From Lytechinus pictus (Eukaryota): a stretch of 64,000 nt of DNA. Below the pieces are notes generated by a model, which was not told the DNA's origin, searched no databases, and saw only the letters and a program-made list of their open reading frames with translations. Both the position numbers and the translations under genes were made by a program. Below, one piece after another: positions 27,201-39,200 of the stretch; the stretch's first letter is position 1; each line of letters begins with the position of its first letter. The stretch lies in assembly GCF_037042905.1 (NCBI RefSeq), contig NC_087251.1, forward strand, positions 1,364,001-1,428,000. The letters run 5' to 3'.

Positions 27201-30200
27201 CCAAAAATAGCACTCTATGATCTTTTTATAGTGAATTAGAGCAAAAAGTGTGATTTATGCTTAAATCATATGTAAAAATCTGATGATATCATTTCAGAAA
27301 AATTAGCCATACAGCCTTGTAGATTACATCCAACACTATTATCATGCCAATTTCACGGTGTTTGCGCAATCGGCGGCCGAGATCCCTTCCCCCCCCCCCC
27401 CGGTCATATAAACCCTGGTCTGGTTAGGGTTAAATTTTGATAAGCATAAGCCTGTTTCTCGAAGGTGGTATTGCAAGAACTTATTTGCAGTTAATTGCAA
27501 AATTTTATTGCCACTTTCCCAGTGACTGATTGATATTTTAAGCAACTGCTTTTTATTTTTGTTTCAGGAAATCAGATTGGCAATCAATTGCAAATTTTCT
27601 GTAACAAGCAAGGTTGTATATCAAAAAGGTTGAAGTCAAAATAAACAATACTCTTAAATACCTAGTTGTGTATGGTAAAGTGCATGACTGTGTTGGTTTA
27701 GAAACAAGTGCTTTGGTTTTTTAACATGAATTTTAGTCATATATACATCTTTATGAAACACCTGAAAGTGAAACGCCCTATGAAAGTGCACATTGTGATG
27801 GTTTTATAAAAATTTCCCAGATGTAAAGGTAGTAATATTAAATCTACATTATTGGATCTTTCTTTAGTTGAATCATCATGTAGGTCTTAGTCATTTTTAA
27901 GATTATACTTTGTAAAACATGTGTTATTTAACTCTTTAAAGTTGAATTCCTCCTAAACGGATATATTTTTGTTTTCTAAAGAGAGTGACTTAGCTGTATT
28001 TTCAATATGAAGATCATGCACATCTCATTCTTATCTTTCGCAGAGAAGAACCACAGCTATGAAATCTCATCTTTTGTAGAAACCTCAGCCATGAACAGAG
28101 TCAAGGAAAATCCTGTTGAATTCGTCAAGTATCCTTAACAAATAAGAAAAGAAAAACATATCAACAGTTAAATGAGTACATGTACCTGTATATCACTTCT
28201 TGTTATAAGATTTTGTTACTTGTTTTATCTTGCATGTACATGAATGGATGATTAAATGAGAATGAAATATTACTGTATTCTTTCTTGATTCCCCCCTCTC
28301 TGTCTTATCATCAGTCAAGGGTTTTTTCCCTTTTTTGATGGAGAGATTTCCTGTTTCATTATTCAGAGTTAACCATGATATTTCTTGTCAGTCCACTCAT
28401 TGTCTGTCAAGAAGGCAGCATGTTTATTACAAATTTTCTGCTGTTTTTGTCTTTTAATTGGCATCCTTTTGTATTAAAACAAATGGATTTTCTATGGAAT
28501 CCTATAGAGATTTTTCTTCCAACCATAAAACTCACCATTTATCATTTTGAAAATGTCATCATAATTCTTCTGCTGGTCATTGACTCTTTTCTTCACTTTT
28601 TCTGTTTTTTTTTAACAGTAAGAGCGAGAGAAAAAATAGCTATGTGTGATAAATAGATTTATACATGTAGCTACAATAAGAAAATCATTTTGAAATAGAG
28701 ATATGTGATGTTTTTGTTTGAGAGGCTTGATTGGTGTGTGTGGGGCGGGGGTGGGGGAGGTGGGTTGAAGGCCTAACCAAAGCATTATCATAATAACACC
28801 CCTGACCTGATGAATAGCCCATGGAATTGGAATTTCTTTTTAGTCCCTTCCGTCCTTCTCCCTGATGACTATTTCTCAAATTACAGTGTTATAATTAATG
28901 ATAATAATTATAACAAGGATAAGTAATTCTAAGTGTATGCAGGTGGGTGTTTCATAAAGCTGTTCGTAAGCTACGAATGACTTTACGCACAACTGGTAAC
29001 CCTTTCTCATGTCAAGTGATCTCCCTATGTAATTGAGTTAGGACCTAAGATCTTGTTCCAGTCGTGCGTAACTTTATAAACAGCTGTATGAAACACCCAC
29101 CAGGTATCCTTTATTTCTTGTGTGGGGAAGTAAAATATAAAGGACAGTTCTGTGACAGGAAGTCAAGGGTTTTTTTTATTAAAAAAAGATCAATTCTCTT
29201 CCTCTATCACCCGTGTGCTCTCCTCTCTCTCTCTCTCTCTTCTACCATATTTTACAAAATGCATTTCCCTCAGATACTACCCAATATTTAAGAAGAGTAA
29301 ATTGCATTTTTAAATTCTGACAGGCTATTTAAATAATATTGATTTTGTTGTAAAGATTTCAATAAATGAATGCCATTATTATTACAATATATTTTCCTTG
29401 ACTGGTCTACTCTTCAGCTACAACAGGAGGCAATTGTCTCGGATATACCCTAAAGGAACAAGAGTAGACTCAAGTAACTTCATGCCTCAGGTAAAAGATA
29501 ATCAACATTAATAATAAGAATACCATAAGGGTAATTGTCTATTTTCCAGCTTGATCAACCTGAACCTTATAAAACTTGTTCCAATAATAAAAGCTCAAGA
29601 TACAATATGTTTATGAATCATTTCTTTAACAAGCAAATTGCACAATGTTTAGGAAATTTTATTGCTCATGGAAATTCAGTTTATATATAAAAGATTATTA
29701 ATATCGTGTGAATCTTTTGTATTGAGTACTTGGTTGTTTATTGTGGATTTTTGCCCAATAATGACTACTCTAATTGCTCTCAAGGGATAAAAACAACAAT
29801 AAACCTTCAATCCTTCAAGTTGTTTACCCTTTTCCCCTGATTGGTATACATGTATGTATTGTACTGCTACATGTATAACAAAAGGAAAATGATTTCTCAT
29901 GAGTTCAATGCTTTTTTATGTTTTCAGATCTGTAATCCTTTTTTTTTTTACAGAAATAAAGTGGATGTTAAGATATTAAAAAATGTGTCCTATTTCTAGG
30001 CAATTTAGATGCATGCTGTGTTCTCACATAAAAGAAAAGAAATAACATACTAATTTTGAAGTAAATATTGATTTGTTTGCTATGAGTGTTCATTTTATCC
30101 TAATAGCATGGAAAATTATATCTAAGTGATTTTAAGTATATTTAAAAAAATCATTTGGTTTTCTGCATTATTAATGTATCATGTTAATTATATATTTTTT

Positions 30201-33200
30201 TCTTTCCTAGATCTTTTGGAATGTGGGTTGCCAGCTTGTAGCTCTCAACTACCAAAATCTTGGTAAGTAGCTTCCCTTTCATCTGATTCTATGTAATGTT
30301 TTATCAAATATCTTTTGAATTTTTACTACATGTATTACATTTCTCACATTTTTCATTCACATTATTTTGGTTAGTAGAATCATGTTAATTTCAAACTTTA
30401 TATCCCATTCTAAATCATAAAAACACCTTGTTTGTATGTAGTTCATTTGTCTTTTTTCTCAGTTCAAATATATATGTAGATTCAATCAGTATTGACCCCC
30501 TATAGCATTGCCCTATCACCTGTACTCTCAAAAGTGTCTGACAACTTTCATTGATTTTGATTGGCTGAGAGGCACTGTTTCTATGGTAACTGTGGGATAA
30601 AATGGGACTAGTTGGATAAAACATCTGACAAGTCCTTTTATGAAACGCTCCCCTATTGATACACCTCTGATTGTTTCAAGGCATAAAGTTCTATTTTTTT
30701 TTAAATATCTCTGATCATCTCTGACCACACAGATCTACCAATGCAACTGAATCTAGGTCTATTCAATCTTAATGGAAGGACAGGGTATATCCTCAAACCA
30801 GATTTCATGCGAAGAAAAGACAGACATTTTGATCCCTTTGCCGAGTCAACTATGGATGGTATTGTCGCTGCTACTGTAGAGGTCAAGGTAAATACGTTCA
30901 AACTGTGCACAATATACACTGGCAATTATAGAAGTTTGTTCATCATTCTTTGTTATGAACACTCCTATTTCTATGTTAATTTCATCAAACTTTCAAAGTT
31001 AGTGCAGCAGATGATACTACAGGTACACAATTCACAGTTGTAAGTGTCAATGTAGTTCACTTAAGAGTATTTACAATGGCACAAGGCTTGCTGAGTGATT
31101 GTGAAATCCATTGTAATACCTGAGATGCCTGCAAAACTACTAGCACCCCAAATTTAAACCTGTGTCAGAGATATTTGATCTCTGCCATATATTCATTCAT
31201 ATTGTTGGTCAATAATATGAATATATGGCAGAATTAAATGCTACAAAAAGCCAAAGCCAGATGATTTGTAAGAACTGCAGTCATTCAGCAAGGCCAGGAA
31301 TAACCTTATGATAATAATAATACATAGCATTTACAGTGCGCCTTCTATCTGGTTTCTTATTGAGAGGTGCAGAGGAAATTATTATAGAGAAGGGGGAGGG
31401 GTAGTATTTGAAATATGATGAGAATAGATATGTCTTAAGGTTAGCTTTGAATGACTCTATAGACTTAGCATTGCATATTGTTGAAGAGAGTGCATTCCAC
31501 AAAATTGGAGCACTATGAACAAAAGCTTTTTCACCAAATGAGTATTTGACTCTATGAGTTGTTGGTTCTTGAAGATCTTAGATTTCTAGAGGGTACATAT
31601 TCTGAGATAAATTTGTTGAAATAATGAGGAGCACATCCATTATCACTTTTCCATGTAAGCAACAGATTCTTGAATTTTATTCTCTCCACCACGGGCAACT
31701 AGTGAAGTTCTTTTAGAAGTTTTACTGATAATTTGGGCAGCAGCATTTTGCGCTCTCTATATAATTATGTAGCATAGCAAAAAAGAATAAATTACATTCC
31801 TTATCTGTGTGCAGCATATAGTCTTTGCAACCTTTATCCTGGTTGATAATACAGAGCACATCATTCTTGCGCTTTGGATTTTTATGCGCTAAAAATGTCA
31901 TATGAAAAGTTCAGTCATGTATTTCTCCTTTGCCCTTGTTGCACAACGAAATTAAGAGCCCCCGTGAGGCCCATTTAAGTGTATTTTATAAGAGATGTTA
32001 TCACAATACATGTTCCATCATGTGTATCGTTTGTATATTTGCTATTACAGGTATTATCTGCTCAGTTTTTGAGTGATAGGAAGGTTGGGACATACATTGA
32101 AGTGGATATGTTTGGTCTACCAGCAGACACAGTTAGAAAGAGGTATAAGACAAAGACTATCAGCAGTACTGGTATTAATCCACAGTATGAAGATGATGGA
32201 TTCGTATTTCCCAAGGTAACAATTTTACATTTTTAAATCTCCTCTTGGAGGCCATTGAAATCTCAGAAATTCATAAAAAGATTTCCCAAATATTTAAGTG
32301 AGTAATTGTATCCATCCTGAAACATGGTTCTCAAGGTACAGTTGAAAAGAAAGAAGCCTATGGGATGAGTGAAAAGAAAAGTGTCTCCTGCTAGCCTTGC
32401 ATTAGGCTGTCTTGAAAGGCTATCAATAAATGACTACTGGTGGGATATGGGATGACTAGATCCATCGCAGAACAAACCAAGATATAGATTATTGATACAT
32501 TCTCACTATTGTTTGATTTCCATGGAATGCTTTGTATTTATTTTTTGTAGAACTCAAGCCATTTGATCATAGGCTTCATTGAAATGGATAGAGTGATAAC
32601 AAGTTGATTAAGCAGAAGTGGAATTTGGATTTGAAAAGGCTTATTTGTGCACTATACTCTTTCAAATTCACTCAGAGAACAGTTTTAAACAGTAGATACA
32701 TGTAAACTACATGTATATAAAAATATTCTTTAGAAAGTGCTCTATTTACATTATGTATGATTTATTGTGTATTTTGTTTGGTCATTGATAATAAGCTTCC
32801 GTCTTTTCATTTTATCTTTTAGGTGATCATGCCTAAACTAGCCATGTTAAGAATTACTGCATATGATGATAATAACAAACAGATTGGACATCGTATTCTA
32901 CCAGTGGAATCACTCAGACCAGGTTAGTCAATTATTTGTTGAAAATTTGAATTTTCAGGTTATCATCAAAACCCCTGCTAACCTGTTTGTTACAAACATA
33001 TATGGCTTCTAATTTGCCATTATCATTTACCCTTTTACCCCTCTTTGTATCCCTCAAGGAGGTTATCAATTACGCCTCCTTTTGTAAGAACATATTCTAC
33101 TAACCTGTCTGCTACGAGCTTCGACTTCTACTTATGCCATGTATCCCTTCTCATGAGTAATTTTCACAGCTTACCCAGCAACAAGCTCTACCCCCCATTC

Positions 33201-36200
33201 CTCTTAACCATAATTCTTTGTCTCTCGGCAGGTTAAAGACTTCATGCCTGTTGGTCATATATCACTCCAAAGAGGCTGAACCCAATTTGAAAACCACTCC
33301 TGGGTTCTTCAATTAGATGTGTTGAAGAACCCGTTTTGTTCAAGCTGCCTGATCATCATGTTCCCTATTGCTCCCATGCCCTCTCCTTATGCCATTAATG
33401 TGTCCTGTTCTTTATATCCCTCATCACAGGGTATCGTCACATTCCCCTCCGCAACGAGCTTTACCAGCCTCTTCTCATGCCATCAATATTCGTCCACATC
33501 AAAGTCAAAGACTATGTACCTGTTGGTCTGGCAAACTTTGCTGATGCCTTGGTGAATCCAATCCAGCATCAGAATCAACTAGAAGAACAGATCAAGATGA
33601 GAACAGAAGCTCTGTCTAAACTCATGGAAGAGGTGAAGTTGATGGAGGAATCTAAAGATGCTGCTGCTGCTGCAGCAGCGGCTGAGGAGAGTCCTGATGA
33701 TTCAGCTAGTACCTCCAAACTGGTAAGACACATCTGCATTATGGTGTAATACTGAAATGCATGTCAAAACTCAACTTGTTATGTCTTAAAAGAAACAAGG
33801 CTAAAATGAATCCAATGCCACTATGGCATTTGATACCCTACAGTCCCAGTGCCTTCCTTATTTGCCTTGTAAAGTTTTGTGCCCTTTTCCATTTTATTTC
33901 TACAAATTTACTGGAAAAATATTGAAATTTACATTTACTCATTAAGTATTGTGTCACAGCAAGAGTCTTTATCGCCTGATGATAATAGAATAATGAAGCT
34001 AGGACTAGGAAATGGCTCATGAAATTTGAAAATATGACTAGGAATAGAAATTTCAGAAACTAAATGTATGACATTTATTCTTCAATTGAAACCACTGCCT
34101 TTTGTCATATATATTTGCAGCTTTTGTCATTGTTAACTTGGCCTGAAATTTGATTATGATATACATGTAAGAACTGATCTGTACATTGCAGGTGGTGCTT
34201 GTGACACTGTACCAAATGCATCTTTGCTAAAATTGTGGAAAAAAGGGTAACCACAATGGCCCATACTCTCATAGGCAAGGAACATTATTTTAATATTATG
34301 TTTCTTCACTTAACCAAGGGAAATTGATAAATGTTGTTGAGGAAAAGAGGAAAGGACTTTTCTTTTGTGGATATTCTTTACAGATTTGAGAGGAATAGGT
34401 CAGCAGGTACTTAATATTGGAGATGTGATGTGTCTCTTTCCCTCATAAGAAGTGCATTCATTTCAATTATTGTCCAGTCACTCCGATTCCAGACTGACTA
34501 AAGCCAATATGTTATTACCAATAACATATACTGTACATACATATACCATCGGTTGGTCTACAGTCGGTTTGATTGGTATGACTCTAGCATTTTACATGAA
34601 TTGAGAGTGAATTCTGTATGATGATTTTGTTTAATTTGTATTTGTAGGAGCCTCAGAAAGCAGAGACAGCGGGTGATACAGCTAGTACCCCAGAACAGGA
34701 GACTAAACCACCAGTAGAGGCCGCTGTGCTACCGACCGAGAGGAAAGTAAGCAATAAACCATTGGAAGAGGCTAGGCTTGAGTTGGAGAAGAGAGATAGT
34801 ATTGAAGCGTTACCACCGACAATGAAGAAAACCTCTAGGCCATCTAGACAATCAGGTAAGTTGATAGTGAAGGAGTAGAGAGGTTGAAACAGAATCTTGA
34901 AGTGCATGAAAAGAACAGTCAGGGGGCTTTTGCCAGAAATTTGCTATCAGTTTGGGTCTCAAAAGCAATTGTAAATGTTGCAATTAATGAATAGTCTGTT
35001 TCTCGCATTAAAAAGTTATTTAATTTGACATGTACAATTAAAAAGTGATCAACATATATTGATTGTAATTTTTAATTTTATTTTTGCAATTGATTGCTAA
35101 CTTTCTTGAAACATCTCCATAGTCACAAAGATCAAGGTGCATTTTATAGGGATTCTAATTTTGAGGCAAAAACATAAATTCTGGGTCATTTTTCATTAAA
35201 CCTGTTATCAATAATATTTTGTCATGACTTATTTGTCTCAGTCAATTAAAGGAATCAATATCAGGATCTCATAACTGATAAACAATTTTATGAAAGTAGG
35301 TCTTGGACTTCATATGATTTTTGTGTAGGATCCTATCACCTTTGATGAATAACACAAAGCTTTATAATGATTCATTGTAAAGCTGATTTGTACTCTTCAT
35401 TACACATTCAAGTGAATACACTCGGTCATTAAAAAAATCAACCCTACATACAATTCACAGAGAATTGGTATTTGGCATCTGCTTTTTCACAGAAGTTTTA
35501 CTCAAGAATAATAGTATGATATTTTAATAATATTGGATTAAGGAATGATAAATTGATACAGAGAATATAATACCTGGTATGAGAATTATCCATAGACCGG
35601 AAAAAATTGAATATCGTTTATAGACTTTTTATTCCAAGCTTCAATTTTTTTAATGCCACTAAATGCAATTTCTTAAAATTCATATTAAGAAAATAATGTA
35701 GATACAAAAAACAAAAGAAAGGTCTGTTTTGTATGGGTTTAGGTGGTATGCAAATAATCAAAAGATAATCAAAAGGGTAATCAAATTCAAGGATAAAGCT
35801 GGAATTGAGATCAAAATTCATTGATGGCAAGAATGGCATTGAAAGTAAGGCATATTTGAAATTAAAGTTCTACCATATATCTCGTAATCTACTTCTTTTC
35901 CCAAAATATTGTTTGCTTGCATTGCATTTTTTTGTGTGTAAAAAGCTCCTACTAATCTAAGGAAGAGAAACAAGAGTGTTTGCATGCTTTGTTATATACT
36001 CTTTTAATTAATACTCTGTTTTGGTGAAATAACACCAGTCACTACCCCACACATATTTCATTCTTGTTAAAATATGTAGAGATATTCTCTGATAAGCCAT
36101 CTAGCCATGATCATAGCTTTGTGTGAAATAGTCAACATAATAGTGTCAGGATCAAAAAGTGGATTATTAAATGATTCCTCTCTCTCTCTCTCTCTCTCTT

Positions 36201-39200
36201 CACCTGCTCTCTTTTTTGTGATGTTTTGCATACAAAACAGACAATGTAAAAATGAAAATAGAAAAGTCCCCTTCCCTGGCCTTAGTAATATAGTCATAAT
36301 TCATGACCCCTTGCTTGCTTGGAAGAATATGTAGATAGAAAGATTAAAGAGTCTTTTTTTTTCAATGAATGTAAGGTAATGTAATTGTTTAGATGTGTTA
36401 GTGACATTTAGAGAAATTCATTTTATCTTAGAAAGAACAGATACATGTTAAGATATACCTTAGATATCTTGATATTTTGCTAGTTGAAGTACTTTATTGA
36501 ATGAGTTAGCTTCATCTTTGCATGTTTAAAACTAAACCCGGATTTTGATATCCACTAAACTTTATTGAAACAATGAGTCTATGAATCAACAGGTACTTAT
36601 TAAATTCATGCCCAATCTTTCATTTGTAGTTTGTACATGTATATAGATTGTTTTTTTACCATTTCATGAGAGTAATTTGATTAGACTTAATAAGATTATT
36701 GGTATTCAATAAATTTTCTTCAAGCAAAAGAAGGGAAGTCTGTAACATTGAATGTCAATTTTACTGTCTACTATACAATAAATTAGAAACTCAACTTCAG
36801 ATCTTAATGAGCCAATTGGAACCGGACGGTAAGTTTTAGTCCTATGTTAACCAATTACAAAGCGCAATTGTATTGCCTTTACTTTGTCTTGCTCAGAAAA
36901 TCAAAAAACATATAACCATAACTCATTCTTATTATTAGTATCATTATTTTATTTTGTAGTGTAATTATTTGGGGTCAGGGTAGATTGTTCAGATACTAAG
37001 GTGTCTGAAAATCATCCAATTATGTTTGAAGTGAGTCGGAGGGGAAAGGGTTTGTCATCAGGAATGTTTTCAGATGGTGGCGGTTCCTTTTGTTTCCCTT
37101 TATTGTTTTGTGTTGAAGCAGTTAGAATAAATCAAATAAAGTCCTATTCTAAAAACTTGAGTCAAGTTTTCTGCTGCATAACAATTGCCATCCTTTACTG
37201 GAGATTAGAAGTTAAAACACACTGAGGTTCTTCCATGTCTTTGCTGACTTCTATGCGCAGATAATTTTAACATTTTACACAATCTGCTGTACCGAAATCA
37301 CTTAAGGCCAAGCCCAAAAAAAATGTTTGTCTAACAGAGAAAAAGAAAATAATTTTTGGTCAGTCAGATTTGATTTTTGTTTGAATAATATGAAAGCCTG
37401 TGGATTTGTTTTTTTCTTGTGCATTCAACAGCAACTCCTCACATGTCGTTGTGTCGGCGCAAAAACACCCTTAGCAGCACGGATGCCTTGCGCAAAAAAG
37501 TTTTGCTAAAGGCGTTCTTGCAATGACACAACAATGTTAAAGAGCTATGTGTGCACATGATACTACGCATAAAGTGGAGATTCTTTTTCACTATTGTTCA
37601 AAATTTAATGAAAAATAAAAATAGCAGATTTTACTTGGGTTGGGAGGGTAACATCAATCTTTTTTTTTTCTTGCCTAACATTGAAAGCTCTATGGCTTCT
37701 TTCAACATGCACATTTGGGCCACACTAAAACACTGCATTAAATAGAGCGCAAGGGCCAACTTGTGATTATTATTTCCCTCATATAAATTGATTTCCCATG
37801 AGTTACAAAAATGTCTTATTTACTGCCCATGAATCCATTTTGTTTCACTATTAAAATGGCATCAGAAACCACATATTTTTTTCTCATCGATCATTACCAT
37901 ATTGTCCAATTATTCTCCTTTATATTCATTATTTTTTGTTCACTGATTTGATTTTAATATTGATTTGGTTTTATTTTTCCTACATTTATCCCATATTCAT
38001 CCATCATTGCCCTCTCCCTTATATGAAATGTAAACAACAGTCACAGCAAAAGACAGCACGGGAAGTACTACCAGTAGCGGAGGCTTGCTAAGATCCGTTT
38101 CCATGGGAGCATCACAATTTGAGGCTAATGCCTTCTCAGGATTTCACAACCAAAGCATCCGAAGTCGAAGTACTCCAAATTTGGTCCCACAAGGTCTGCA
38201 TCACGTTGCCATGGTTATGCACTATTTCGTGTTATTTCTGGTTCCCACACACACATTCTTTGATGTTAATGACTTGTCACAATCTACCTTATCTTCACAA
38301 TTGATATTGTAATGGAATGTTTGTGTGTGTTCTTGTTCTCCCCAAAGTATTTGTATTTACACCTCTTCATCTTTGAGTATTCTTGGAATGTTTGGTATCA
38401 GTCTTCACTTTGGAAATAAAAGATTACAGACAACCACCTTTTAACAATCATTCATTGAAAAACAACATTTTTTAAAGTAATATTTTACACCCAATAATGC
38501 TAAAAATAATGTCCAAACTTATAATCTGTGATTGTGTAACTCAGAAGTTAAAATTTGTGTTTCTATGAGAGAAAAAAAATACTATATTTGGCAATTTATT
38601 TCAATGTGTTTTGATTGCATTGCTGTGACTTCCTCTTGAGCTGTCTCTATGTTGAGTGTGTTGTAACCTCCCTTTCATTAAGTTTCTTTTCATTATTTTC
38701 TAGAACATTTTAAAACTAATTCCATCTTTACTTTCACTCACTATGCATGTTTGACTTGAAATTCACTTTTTCTTTCATGTAATGAAAAAAAATTCTTATG
38801 CACTTTATACTTATGTATTTTCTGCATTAGTCTGAAATAATAGCATGAAAAAGAGTCTGAAATGCTTGCAAAGTGCTTACTTTTATTTCCACACTTAGAA
38901 GCTTATTGCATGCCATGCTCTCTTAAATTTCATTCAAAGCCAATTTATAACATGCTGTAATGTTTGTAGTTTACTTAACATACATAACCAATATCATTCT
39001 AGCAATGTAAACTATGACACAAGAATATGTTTTCAGTAAGTAATTGCTAAAGTATAGTATTTTTTCCCTTAGGTATGGAAATTTTGTAAAATTCTCATTC
39101 TTATAAACATGCACGTTGTACATTGCCGTATGCAGGGGGGGTAATTGCCTCCCCCCTTCCCTGGAATGTTGAAGAAAAAAAATAATTGTCACAAAATTCC

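Noticed and set aside
36241..36293. Candidate exon [17 protein letters not shown] after a CT-rich tract
   Set aside because: No phase-compatible donor before the stop codon
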